Shown: positions 9,363 to 19,492, counted from the whole stretch's first letter. The stretch is 59,185 nt of DNA, filler included, from 8 parts of 8 records of this genome joined end to end with filler, not necessarily neighbours in it, one strand, 5' to 3'. Notes: generated from the sequence alone by a model not told the origin. Numbers and translations are program-made.

Positions 9363-10643
9363 ATGACAGAAAAAAAAATCGGGTTAACCGGAACCATTGC
9401 CATCGGCATCGGCGGAATGGTGGGCGGGGGAATATTCGCCGTTCTGGGAGAGGCCGTATCACTTGCCCACGGGGCCACTCCCCTTGCATTTTTATTTGCC
9501 GGTATTGTGGCACTACTGACGGCCTGCTCCTATGCAGATCTCTCTGTCACATATCCCAGCCAGGGCGGCACTGTGGTATTCATCGAAAAGGCGTTCGGCA
9601 CCGGACTTTTCCCCAAGGGGCTGAACATGATGCTCTGGCTAAGCTATCTGGTCACCCTCTCTCTTTATGCCGCGGCCTTCGGCGCATACGGCACCACCTT
9701 TTTCAAAGGAATTGATCCGGGAATTTTAAAACACATCCTAATCTCTGTGGGTATTCTCATTCCCGTGGCAATCAATATGCTCAACTCGGATATGGTAAGC
9801 AAATCTGAAACCCTGATTGTAATTGTTAAACTGGCCCTTCTAGGGGTAATTATTTGTACGGGAGTCGGATATGTGGATCCGGGACGGCTCTCTTTTTCCC
9901 GTTACGGACATCCCCTTTCCATTATTTCGGCCGGAATGATGATCTTTGTGGCTTATGAAGGATTTGAACTCATTGCCAATGCCGCAGCCGATGTAAAAAC
10001 CCCAACAAAAACCCTGCCCCGGGCCTTTTATTTATCCGTCATTATTGTGGTGCTACTCTATGTGGTCATTTCCGTGATAACGGTGGGTGCGGTGCCCGAA
10101 TCCGTGATCATGGCCTCCCGGGATTTCGCCCTAGCTGAAGCGGCCCGTCCCGGTTTGGGGGAACTCGGATTTCGCATCGTGGGGGTATCGGCCCTTTTAG
10201 CCACTCTGTCAGCCATAAATGCCACCATATACGGCAATGCCCGGCTGGGGTTTCTTCTGGCCAGGGAACGGGAACTGCCGGAGCCCCTTGAAATAAAAGT
10301 ATGGGGCGACTCCTATCTGGGGGTTCTCATCGTGGGGTGCCTTTCTCTGGTCATGGCCAATACCATTGACCTTACCGCCATTTCCATCATTGCCAGCGCA
10401 GGATTTTTATTGATTTTCACCGCCGTGAACCTATCCGCCTGCAAGCTGGCGAAAAAAACATGCGGCCATCCGCGCATCTCGGGGCTGGGGGCTGTCCTGT
10501 CTCTGAACGCTCTGATCCTGCTGCTGGTCAACACCTGGAAAAGCAGTCCCCACACCATCTATATATTTTTCGGATTTATACTCTTTTCCCTTGGATTTGA
10601 AATAATTTACGGCCGGCTTATCGCTTCGAACACAAGGAATTAA
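9363..10643 (+). CDS. APC family amino-acid permease
   Basis: GGMVGGGIF (TM1), FVAYEGFELI (TM6), ~12 TM. Confidence 0.9.
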   Translation: MTEKKIGLTGTIAIGIGGMVGGGIFAVLGEAVSLAHGATPLAFLFAGIVALLTACSYADLSVTYPSQGGTVVFIEKAFGTGLFPKGLNMMLWLSYLVTLSLYAAAFGAYGTTFFKGIDPGILKHILISVGILIPVAINMLNSDMVSKSETLIVIVKLALLGVIICTGVGYVDPGRLSFSRYGHPLSIISAGMMIFVAYEGFELIANAAADVKTPTKTLPRAFYLSVIIVVLLYVVISVITVGAVPESVIMASRDFALAEAARPGLGELGFRIVGVSALLATLSAINATIYGNARLGFLLARERELPEPLEIKVWGDSYLGVLIVGCLSLVMANTIDLTAISIIASAGFLLIFTAVNLSACKLAKKTCGHPRISGLGAVLSLNALILLLVNTWKSSPHTIYIFFGFILFSLGFEIIYGRLIASNTRN

Positions 10644-10667
10644 ACCCAATAAAAAGAAGGAAACAAC

Positions 10668-11597
10668 ATGATCATCATTTTACCGGAAACACAGGCAAAC
10701 ATTTTAGAAATTGAGGTGGGTGGACGGCTGACCCAATCAGACTATACAACCACCTTTCTGCCCAGGCTGAAACACCTGTTAGCCACCTTCCCCAAGGCCC
10801 GTATCTTAGTTGTTTTTGCCCCCTCCTATGAGGGCATGGATATGGCGGCGGTATGGGAAGATACCCGATTCGCCATGGCCCATCCCCGCGACTTTGAAAA
10901 AATTGCCGTTGTCGGAGCCCCGGGCTGGATGAAATGGGCCACGAACCTGGGCGCAGGTCTCACGGACACTGAGGTTAATTTTTACGAACCCTGGCAGCTT
11001 AACCCGGCCATGGACTGGATTAAAACACCGTTACAAGACTCAACAGGAGACACTATCATGAAAGAAAAAAGCAGCTGCGTAGCCATCTACAATACCCACA
11101 CTGAAGCGGAAAATGCCGTCCGGGCATTGCAGAAATCCGGATTTAACATGAAACATCTTTCTATTCTGGGTAAAGACTATCATACAGAAGAAGATGTAAC
11201 AGGATACTACAGCCTTGGAGACCGGATGAAATCCTGGGGTAAACTCGGGGCATTCTGGGGGGGGCTCTGGGGTTTCATGCTGGGATCCGCCTTTTTTGTC
11301 ATCCCCGGTATCGGTCCTCTGGTGGTGGGCGGCCCCATGGTATCCTGGATCGTGGGCGCCCTGGAAGGCGCCGCCCTGACCGGAGGAATCAGCGCCCTGG
11401 GCGCAGGCCTTTTAAGCATCGGCATTCCCGGGGACAGCATTATAAAATATGAAACCGCCATCAAGGCGGATAAATTCATGGTTGTGGCCCATGGCCCGGC
11501 AGATGAGGTGGAAAAAGCCCAGGCCCTTCTCAAAGAAACGGATGTCCACGAAATTTCAACGCATATGGAAGAGGCTGCCCAGATGATGGGACTCTGA
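10668..11597 (+). CDS. SpoIIAA-like (STAS/SEC14) domain fused to a DUF1269/general-stress-type glycine-rich membrane domain
   Basis: N-terminal GRLTQSDY...AVWED...EKIAVVG..WM; C-terminal GAFWGGLWG..IPGIGP..GALEGA; internal RBS and ATG at 11058. Confidence 0.8.
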   Translation: MIIILPETQANILEIEVGGRLTQSDYTTTFLPRLKHLLATFPKARILVVFAPSYEGMDMAAVWEDTRFAMAHPRDFEKIAVVGAPGWMKWATNLGAGLTDTEVNFYEPWQLNPAMDWIKTPLQDSTGDTIMKEKSSCVAIYNTHTEAENAVRALQKSGFNMKHLSILGKDYHTEEDVTGYYSLGDRMKSWGKLGAFWGGLWGFMLGSAFFVIPGIGPLVVGGPMVSWIVGALEGAALTGGISALGAGLLSIGIPGDSIIKYETAIKADKFMVVAHGPADEVEKAQALLKETDVHEISTHMEEAAQMMGL

Positions 11598-11632
11598 TGT
11601 TCTAAAACAAAACCAGGAGGGAAACAACACCC

Positions 11633-12904
11633 ATGAAAGATACCATTAAAAAAATTACGGCCATGGAAATCCTTGACTCACGGGGAAACCCCACCATTAA
11701 GGTCCGGGTTGAACTGGAAGACGGAACAATGAGGGCCGCTTCCGTGCCCTCGGGCGCTTCCACGGGAATGAATGAAGCGGTGGAGCTTCGGGACAATGAC
11801 CCGTCCCGGTATTCGGGCAAAGGAGTGCTCAAAGCTGTTGAAAAAGTCGAAAAAATCTGCGGGCCACAGATCATCGGCATGTCCGCCCGGGATCAGGCAG
11901 GGGTTGACCGCTGCCTCATGGAAATCGACGGCTCCGCGAATAAGGCAGTCCTGGGCGCCAACACCATTCTGGGGATCTCCCTGGCCGTGGCCAGGGCAGG
12001 TGCCGGCTCTGCAGGCCTTCCCTTGTTCACATACCTGGGAGGTCTTGATGCCCGCCGCCTCCCCGTTCCCTGCATGAATATCCTCAACGGCGGACAGCAT
12101 GCCGACAACAACGTTGATTTCCAAGAATTCATGGCCGTCCCTCTGGGTGCCCCGAATTTCAGGGAAGGACTGAGGTATGTGGCAGAAACCCTCCATGCAC
12201 TGAAAAAAATTCTAAGGGAAAAAGGATTGGCCACCAATGTAGGGGATGAGGGCGGGTTTGCCCCGGACCTGGACAATGACGAACAGGCCATGGAGTTGAT
12301 TATCCGGGCCATTGACCAGGCAGGATACTGCCCCGGAAAAGATATCTCCATTGCCATTGACAGCGCCGCCACCTCCTTTGCCATATCACCCGGCGGCCCC
12401 TATTCCCTTAATTCCATGGATGGGGCGCCCCTTGCCGCCAATGACCTGGCACGGCTTGCAAAGAAATGGGTCTCCACCTATCCCATTGTGCTCTGGGAAG
12501 ACCCATTGGCTGAAGATGACTGGGAAGGGTTCAGGGAATTCACCCGGATATTGGGATCTGACATCGAAGTGGTGGGGGATGATATTTTCGTGACCAACCC
12601 CGAACTGATTCAGCGGGGGATCAACGAAAAAACCGCCAATTCCTCCCTGATCAAGCCCAACCAGATCGGCACTCTTACCGAAACCATGGATGCAGTCCGC
12701 CTCTGCCGGGAAAATGGATGGCGCTACTTCATCTCCCACCGCTCCGGGGAAACCGAAGACCCGTTTATCGCCGATTTTGCCGTTGCCATGGGCGGGGGGC
12801 ACCTCAAAACCGGCTCCGCCTGCCGGGGAGAACGGATATGCAAATACAACCGGCTCCTGGAAATTGAAGCACAGCTCGGCAGATCCGGACGCTATTATTG
12901 GTGA
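11633..12904 (+). CDS. eno: Enolase (phosphopyruvate hydratase)
   Basis: EILDSRGNPT, VPSGASTG, GDEGGF, EDP, VGDD, LIKPNQIG, SHRSGETED and KTG all present. Confidence 0.97.
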   Translation: MKDTIKKITAMEILDSRGNPTIKVRVELEDGTMRAASVPSGASTGMNEAVELRDNDPSRYSGKGVLKAVEKVEKICGPQIIGMSARDQAGVDRCLMEIDGSANKAVLGANTILGISLAVARAGAGSAGLPLFTYLGGLDARRLPVPCMNILNGGQHADNNVDFQEFMAVPLGAPNFREGLRYVAETLHALKKILREKGLATNVGDEGGFAPDLDNDEQAMELIIRAIDQAGYCPGKDISIAIDSAATSFAISPGGPYSLNSMDGAPLAANDLARLAKKWVSTYPIVLWEDPLAEDDWEGFREFTRILGSDIEVVGDDIFVTNPELIQRGINEKTANSSLIKPNQIGTLTETMDAVRLCRENGWRYFISHRSGETEDPFIADFAVAMGGGHLKTGSACRGERICKYNRLLEIEAQLGRSGRYYW

Positions 12905-13010
12905 TATCCGGGATTAAATTTTCCCACTGCCGTGCCCAATGTCAGGGTAACGGGTACGGCAATGGTGGTGCCCCTTCCATAATATACGGAATCGAATCAA
13001 AGGGAAAAAA

Positions 13011-13382
13011 ATGATCAAGCACTTTAATGAACATGCTGCCAATGAACGGACCCTGCTGGCCTGGGTCAGAACATCTCTGGCCGTAAGCGGGTTCGGGTTT
13101 CTAATGGAAAAATTTGAACTTTTTATTACAAAAGTTCATCTATCTTCCCGGGCAGAGGACATTGCAGCAAGCCCCATGGGACGGTTTATCGGACTCGGAC
13201 TTGTGGCCACCGGAATGGTAATGATGCTGTTCAGCGTCCTGCGCTATCTGATTATTCAAAAGCGGATTGAAACCCAAGCCGAAAAGGTTTTCAGCGGATT
13301 TCCAGGCCTGGTCCTGCCCCTTATTCTCATGGGCATTGTTATCCTGGTGATGCTCTATCTGGGCTTACAGCTTGCCGGATGA
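13011..13382 (+). CDS. YidH/DUF202 family membrane protein
   Basis: HAANERTLLAWVRTSLA..GFGF motif, 3 TM. Confidence 0.9.
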   Translation: MIKHFNEHAANERTLLAWVRTSLAVSGFGFLMEKFELFITKVHLSSRAEDIAASPMGRFIGLGLVATGMVMMLFSVLRYLIIQKRIETQAEKVFSGFPGLVLPLILMGIVILVMLYLGLQLAG

Positions 13383-13665
13383 ATTCATCTGCCTTAGAAA
13401 GGGGATAATCAGGTCTGTGGCCTGCCGGGCCCAGACGGAATGGATACCGGGACCGGGGTGGAATCCGTCCTCTGCCATGAGGGCCGGGTCAAGGGGAAGG
13501 TCAAAGGAAAGAAAGTGAAGGCCCTCCCCCTTGGGCATCCAGCCGGAAATAAGGCGGTTCATTTTTTGGGCCTGCCGTCCCAGATACCAGCTTAAGGGAA
13601 AGGGCAATGCCGGAAATTTTTCCAAAGGCGGCACCGCCGAAACAATGATCTGCCTGATGCCGTAT
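13365..13665 (-). CDS. SGNH/GDSL hydrolase, C-terminal part (partial)
   Basis: PPLEKFPALPFPLSWYLG and the catalytic block DGFHP; frame open to the contig edge. Confidence 0.75.
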
Positions 13666-13765
13666 NNNNNNNNNNNNNNNNNNNNNNNNNNNNNNNNNNN
13701 NNNNNNNNNTTAATTAATTAANNNNNNNNNNNNNNNNNNNNNNNNNNNNNNNNNNNNNNNNNNNN
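13666..13765. other. Artificial contig-joining spacer
   Basis: N44-TTAATTAATTAA-N44. Confidence 0.98.
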
Positions 13766-13822
13766 AAGATAAAATAAATAATCTTTTTAAGCAATTTGCG
13801 GCGTAGGTTGTTGATTATTTTA

Positions 13823-16800
13823 TTACTCTTTTTCCAGAGGTAATTTAACAAAGAAAGTTGTTCCAACTCCCTCCTTACTTTCAAACCATATCTCCCCTTT
13901 ATGCTTATCTATAATTTTTTTAACTATTCCAAGTCCAAGTCCGGTACCTTCACCTTCAGGTTTTGTAGTAAAGAATGGCTCAAATATTTTTGCTTTAACC
14001 CTCTCAGGAATCCCATTACCTGTATCTGATATACTCACTGTTTGAGAGTTATTATCTTGTCTGATCTGAAGTTTTAGAGTACCTGAGTAATGCATCGCCT
14101 GAAGAGCGTTGTGGATTAAATTAGTCCACACTTGATTTAGCTCATCTCCAAATGCAGGAATATTTTTAAGATTATCATCATATTCTCTAATAAGCTCAAT
14201 ATCATATTTAATTTTATTGTGATAAATAACAAGTACTGTTTCGAGACTCTCTTTTATATTTACTTCTCTTTTATTTTCTTCAGAATTAAATCTGGCGTAT
14301 GATCTAAGTGCGTAAACTATTTTAGATGCTGATTTAACAGAGTTTTCTATAATATCAGTACTTTTAATAGAAGATACCAGGTTATAACCGGTATTGAAAA
14401 TTAACTCTCTATTTTGACTTGTGCAGAGAGATAAATACCTGTCTATATCGGAAATTTTCAGTATTCCCAGTGAAACAAAATTATCTGCCAAAGTTCTGGA
14501 ATCATCTATATTTTGTTCAGCTAAATACTTTTTGATCGCTCTTTTTTTCTCTCTTAACTCTTTTGTTGTTACGAAAATATTACTCTCTATTCCTGTAGAG
14601 ATCATGCTTAAATAAAGCTCTTTTTCCTCTTGAGTTAATAAAATAAGTAAGTCAGGAAGAGAATTAAAACTCTCTTTTAGGCTGGTTTTAATATTTTCAG
14701 CAGAAGATTTAATTGCACCGATAGGTGTATTGATTTCATGTGCAACACTTGCAACTAGTTGACCAAGTGCAGCCATCTTTTCTGATCTTATAATTTGACT
14801 CTCGACATTTTTTCTTTCAGTAATATCTTGATTAATACCGAACATTCTTACAGGTTTGCCATTTTCATCTTTTTCCATAATTTTTAATATTGAATTGACC
14901 CAAATATAATTATTTCTTATAATTTTAATTCTAAATTCTTCGTTAAAGAACTCTGATTCTCCTTTAAGATGATTATCGATTGCTTTTATTACCCTGCTTC
15001 TATCATCTATATGAATTGAATCCAGATAACTTTTTAAAGTACTGGCAAAATTTTTCGGTAGTTCAATACTACTTCCAAGAGTAATTTTATCATCTTTAAT
15101 ATTCCACACAATAGGAATAAGATTAGCTCCGTCGATAGTCAGTTGCATTCTTTCATTAGCTTCTCTTAAAGAATCATTTTGTTTTTTAATCTCTTTATAA
15201 TTTTTGGCATTTATCATGGCAATAACAGCATTACGAGCAAAAAGTTTTGCGACTTCTATGTTTTCTTTTGAAAATCTATTCTCTTTTTTACTGTTAATAT
15301 TGATTACACCAATTATTTTATCATTAAAAACCAGAGGGACAATAATGAATGATTTAATCTCCTCTATACCCTTTCCATACTTTTCACCAGACATATTTTG
15401 AAGATTATGGATATATTTTATATTTTTTGTTTCCTGTATTTCATCAAAAAAGAAAAATTTGTCTTTTGGAATTTCAAGCCCGATATTCTCTTTTTTAGCA
15501 AAACTTCCTCCGTTTGCAATTATCTTGAGATGATCCTCTTCTACCATAAAAATATCAATTACGGCAACTTCGATTAGTTCTAATAAACTGTTGATAATTA
15601 ATTTCATGATAACATCTAATTCTCTGGCTGAAGTGATCTCATTAAATAACTCATTAACTTTAATTGCGATATTTTTTTGTTTCTCTTCATTTCGTAGAAG
15701 TGTTTCAATCTCCGCATAATTTTTAGCATTAATAATTGCAATAACAGCATTTTGTGTCAGAGTCTCTATAATCTCCATATCTTCATTGGTAAATTTAGTA
15801 ATTTTATTATGATTGATAGACATCATTCCTATGATAGTATCTTTTGATTTCAGAGGTATTAATATCATAGATTTGATTTCATTTACATCATGTCCATATT
15901 TAACAGCATCTATATTTTGAAGATTTTCAATATATATAATCTCTTTTTTTGAATGAAACTCTTCTGAATAAAAGACATTATCTTTTGGAATAATTGTTCC
16001 TACAACACTCTCTTTCTCTTTTCTTCCACCACTTGCAACTACTACATAGTTATCACCTTCTCTGATAAACACATCAACTTTATGACAGTTAACGATATCC
16101 AGAATACTCTTTGTAATTAATTCCAAAACTTTATCGAGATCTTTAGATGAAATAATCTCGGCGAAAACTTTATTAAGTTTAATAGCAACTGCTTTTTGTC
16201 TTTGCTCGGTATTAAGATGCTCCTCTATTTCGAGATTTAATTTAGAGAGTTTTTTATTAAAATTTTTAGAACTAATATTTTGAATAATTAAAAAAATTAT
16301 GATAATTAATATTACTGTTAAACCACTCCAAAAAATTCTGTAATCAAAGCCGGGTTCATAATTGATACTTATCCATTTATCAATTATTTCATTTTTTTCT
16401 TCATCTGATAGTGAGTTCAAAACTTTTTGCATAATAGAATTCAGTAAAGGTTCATCATTTCTTGAAGCGATAGATTGTTTTAAATAAAAGTCAAATTTAC
16501 CTGCAACTTTTAAATTATAAATTGAGTATTTATTTAGGTTATAAGCTATAACAGGCATAGAATCAAGGTATCCAAAGAGCTCTCCCTGGTGAACTCTGTT
16601 TAAGCCATCTGCAGGGTTTTCTACATCAATAATATTTAGATTAGGATATTTTGTTAGCAGTATCTCTTTATGCGCATAATTTCTAACAATACCTATCTTT
16701 TTTTGACCAATATCTTTTAAATCTTTTACGAAAAACTCTTTCTTTTTAGTAGCGATAACCAAGGGTTCTTTTATATATGGAACCGTAAAATTCATATAAT

Positions 16801-17857
16801 CTTTTCTACTTTTAGTTTCAGTTGCCATAAATAAAATATCAGCTTCTCTATTTTTTATATTTTCAAGTGATTTTTTCCAAGTTTTGGTAGGAATAAGTTC
16901 AAACTCTAAATCAGTTTTTTCAGTGATTAATCTTAAAATATCATTTCCGGCACCCTTATGTTTACCATTTTCATCAATCCATTCGAAAGGATGCCATGTT
17001 GGAATAACTGAATATTTGATTTTCCCTTTTTTTCTTAAAAACTCTTTTTCCTCAGTTGAAAACATATTATTTATATCAATATTATCAGGATTACCGAATA
17101 AAATGTTAAACCATGTGCTTTTCATTTGCTCTTTTTCCTCTTCGCTAAGAGAGAGGATAACTTTGTTAAAAATAGATTTAAGTTCCGGCCAATCATTACG
17201 TAATGCAAATGCAACATCGAAAGTTTCGTTGAATGTTAATACAGGTTCTATAAAATTTCCGAGTCCCTTTTTTGCAGCTATATAAGTTATAGATTCATCG
17301 GCAATAAAAAAATCAGTTTCTTCTGAAATAACAGATTTAACTGCAGTTAATTTATCCCTATAATAAATTATTCCTGTATCTTTGAATCTTTTAGTAAGTT
17401 CTTGATAATAGGCATTTCCCTCTTGGACAGCTGCTTTTTTATTTTCTAAATCACTAAAAGAATATATTTGAGCTGGATTGCCTTTTTTAATAACAACAAT
17501 ATTATTAACACTAATATATGCTTCTGTAAAATTTAGATATGTTGATTTTTTCTGATCAAAAGAGGAACCGACTAATCCATCAATTTCTCTTTTTTCTGAT
17601 TTTTCAACCAAATTAGATAGATTATCATAAATGAGATTAATTTCTAATCCACTTTCTTTTTCTATAGTTTTTAATATATTTCCCTTATGTTGTTCATCAT
17701 ATTTCTCCATTAAGGACTCAAAAATTTCATCAAGTCCAAGAGTTATAGTTTGATGTTTTTTTATAAAACTTTTTTCTTTATCTGTAAACTCTATAGTTTT
17801 TATAGAGAAACTAATATTAAATATAATAAAAAATATAATTATTTTAACAAATCTCAT
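13823..17857 (-). CDS. Sensor histidine kinase: 2x periplasmic binding domain (BvgS-like), TM, 2x GAF, PAS, HisKA, HATPase
   Basis: H-box VAHEINTP, N-box NLIHNA, DTGNGI, FFTTK, GTGLGL; two PBPb repeats and two GAF repeats are visible. Confidence 0.92.
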   Translation of the reverse strand: MRFVKIIIFFIIFNISFSIKTIEFTDKEKSFIKKHQTITLGLDEIFESLMEKYDEQHKGNILKTIEKESGLEINLIYDNLSNLVEKSEKREIDGLVGSSFDQKKSTYLNFTEAYISVNNIVVIKKGNPAQIYSFSDLENKKAAVQEGNAYYQELTKRFKDTGIIYYRDKLTAVKSVISEETDFFIADESITYIAAKKGLGNFIEPVLTFNETFDVAFALRNDWPELKSIFNKVILSLSEEEKEQMKSTWFNILFGNPDNIDINNMFSTEEKEFLRKKGKIKYSVIPTWHPFEWIDENGKHKGAGNDILRLITEKTDLEFELIPTKTWKKSLENIKNREADILFMATETKSRKDYMNFTVPYIKEPLVIATKKKEFFVKDLKDIGQKKIGIVRNYAHKEILLTKYPNLNIIDVENPADGLNRVHQGELFGYLDSMPVIAYNLNKYSIYNLKVAGKFDFYLKQSIASRNDEPLLNSIMQKVLNSLSDEEKNEIIDKWISINYEPGFDYRIFWSGLTVILIIIIFLIIQNISSKNFNKKLSKLNLEIEEHLNTEQRQKAVAIKLNKVFAEIISSKDLDKVLELITKSILDIVNCHKVDVFIREGDNYVVVASGGRKEKESVVGTIIPKDNVFYSEEFHSKKEIIYIENLQNIDAVKYGHDVNEIKSMILIPLKSKDTIIGMMSINHNKITKFTNEDMEIIETLTQNAVIAIINAKNYAEIETLLRNEEKQKNIAIKVNELFNEITSARELDVIMKLIINSLLELIEVAVIDIFMVEEDHLKIIANGGSFAKKENIGLEIPKDKFFFFDEIQETKNIKYIHNLQNMSGEKYGKGIEEIKSFIIVPLVFNDKIIGVININSKKENRFSKENIEVAKLFARNAVIAMINAKNYKEIKKQNDSLREANERMQLTIDGANLIPIVWNIKDDKITLGSSIELPKNFASTLKSYLDSIHIDDRSRVIKAIDNHLKGESEFFNEEFRIKIIRNNYIWVNSILKIMEKDENGKPVRMFGINQDITERKNVESQIIRSEKMAALGQLVASVAHEINTPIGAIKSSAENIKTSLKESFNSLPDLLILLTQEEKELYLSMISTGIESNIFVTTKELREKKRAIKKYLAEQNIDDSRTLADNFVSLGILKISDIDRYLSLCTSQNRELIFNTGYNLVSSIKSTDIIENSVKSASKIVYALRSYARFNSEENKREVNIKESLETVLVIYHNKIKYDIELIREYDDNLKNIPAFGDELNQVWTNLIHNALQAMHYSGTLKLQIRQDNNSQTVSISDTGNGIPERVKAKIFEPFFTTKPEGEGTGLGLGIVKKIIDKHKGEIWFESKEGVGTTFFVKLPLEKE

Positions 17858-17970
17858 GCGAAACTCCTTGTATATTTTTTTAAGTCAAAATGAATTAATT
17901 TGACTTTGCTTGAAAAAATATTTAAGCAAATTTTAATTTTATATTTTAAAAAAGATTAGTGCTAAAAACA

Positions 17971-19287
17971 CTAATCTTTATTTATTTCAATTCTATTTCT
18001 TCCATTTTCTTTTGCAAGATATAATAGTTCATCTGCTTTGGAGTAGTAAAAATCTAAATCCATATTATTTCTAACAGATGAGAAAAATACCCCAAATGAT
18101 GCTGTAATGTATTTTGATGCCGGGTTTGATTCATGTGTAATTTTTAGATTTTCAATTCCCTCTTTTAATTGAGTAGAAAATTCAAAGATCTCCTCATAGT
18201 TATTACTGCTGGCAATAATACCAAACTCTTCTCCACCTAGTCTGATGGCATTGAGATTAGGGGAGGAGCATTTTGAATCCAGGAAGTCTCCGATTTTTTT
18301 TAAAACTTCATCTCCTTCTTGGTGACCATATAAATCATTAAATTGTTTAAATTTATCAATATCCAGAAGTATAAAACTAAGCGGATTATTATCTTGTTCT
18401 GCTTGTTTGATTAATTTAGGAAAACTGTCATAAAAAAATCTTCTATTATATAGTTTAGTCATCGGATCAATTACAAGCATTTTTTCTATTCTTTTTTTAT
18501 CAGTAATATCGTGCATTATTAGTTTATATTCACTTAAATTTAGATTTGAAGCAGAAAGCGGACTACATGTTGTAAACAACCATTTTTCTTCATTATTGTC
18601 TAATTTAAATAAGAGCTCACCTTTCCATATCTCTTGATTTTTTGCAGCTAATATCATATTATTAATATTTTCTATCTCTTCTTCAGGTATAGAATTTTTT
18701 AAGTTTTTACCTATAGAATTTTGATAAGCAAAAAAATCAAGAAATGCTTTACTATTTTTTTTAATAATAAAATTATTATCAATAGTGGTGCTGATAACGT
18801 GTTCGTTGATTATATTAAGTGATTCCTGTAACTGATTAGTTCTCTCTTCTATTTTATTTTCCAATTCTTCCGTATGTTTTTTTATCTCCTGCTCATGTTG
18901 ATAACTCTTTAGGGCCTCTTTTATTGTAAGAGTAAGATCACTACTCTCCCAAGGTTTTGATATATATCTATAGAGGTTGGCTTTGTTAACAACATTTTCT
19001 ACAGCTTCAAGATCAGCCTGGCCTGTAAGCATTATTTTTTTAGCTTCAGGATACTCTTTGTTAATTTTAATTAATAATTGATCCCCTTTTGTTCCCGGCA
19101 TAATATAGTCACTTATTATTAAAGCCAGAGAGATACTATCTTCGGCAAACTCCTCTAAGATATCAAATACTTCATTACTACTTTGTGCAAATTCAACTAC
19201 ATAAGAAGTAAAATTTCTTGAAAATATATTTTTTATGCTTTCGATAACTATTTTTTCATCATCGACACAAATAATCCCAGTAAGCAT
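17971..19287 (-). CDS. Response-regulator diguanylate cyclase (REC-PAS-GGDEF)
   Basis: CVDDE, SDYIMP, MLTG, KPW receiver; DIDKFK..ND..GH..GD, GGEEF, AKENGRN; start set at ATG 19287 after GGAAGGG. Confidence 0.9.
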   Translation of the reverse strand: MLTGIICVDDEKIVIESIKNIFSRNFTSYVVEFAQSSNEVFDILEEFAEDSISLALIISDYIMPGTKGDQLLIKINKEYPEAKKIMLTGQADLEAVENVVNKANLYRYISKPWESSDLTLTIKEALKSYQHEQEIKKHTEELENKIEERTNQLQESLNIINEHVISTTIDNNFIIKKNSKAFLDFFAYQNSIGKNLKNSIPEEEIENINNMILAAKNQEIWKGELLFKLDNNEEKWLFTTCSPLSASNLNLSEYKLIMHDITDKKRIEKMLVIDPMTKLYNRRFFYDSFPKLIKQAEQDNNPLSFILLDIDKFKQFNDLYGHQEGDEVLKKIGDFLDSKCSSPNLNAIRLGGEEFGIIASSNNYEEIFEFSTQLKEGIENLKITHESNPASKYITASFGVFFSSVRNNMDLDFYYSKADELLYLAKENGRNRIEINKD

Positions 19288-19388
19288 ATTTTCCCTTCCT
19301 TCCATAAATAATACAATATCCCTAAAAAATATAATTTATTAATAAATTATACAACTTTTGAAGTGAAAAAGCCAGTTAGCAATTAAAT

Positions 19389-19432
19389 AAAAAGCACACG
19401 TGAACTCATAAAAAAGTTCACGTGTGCTTTTT
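19389..19432. terminator. Perfect 18-bp inverted repeat, probable bidirectional terminator
   Basis: AAAAAGCACACGTGAACT-N8-AGTTCACGTGTGCTTTTT. Confidence 0.8.
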
Positions 19433-19492
19433 AAAAATATAATTTTTATTATGATAGTTTTGAATTTAATCGTGATTGAGTTTAATTCTCCG

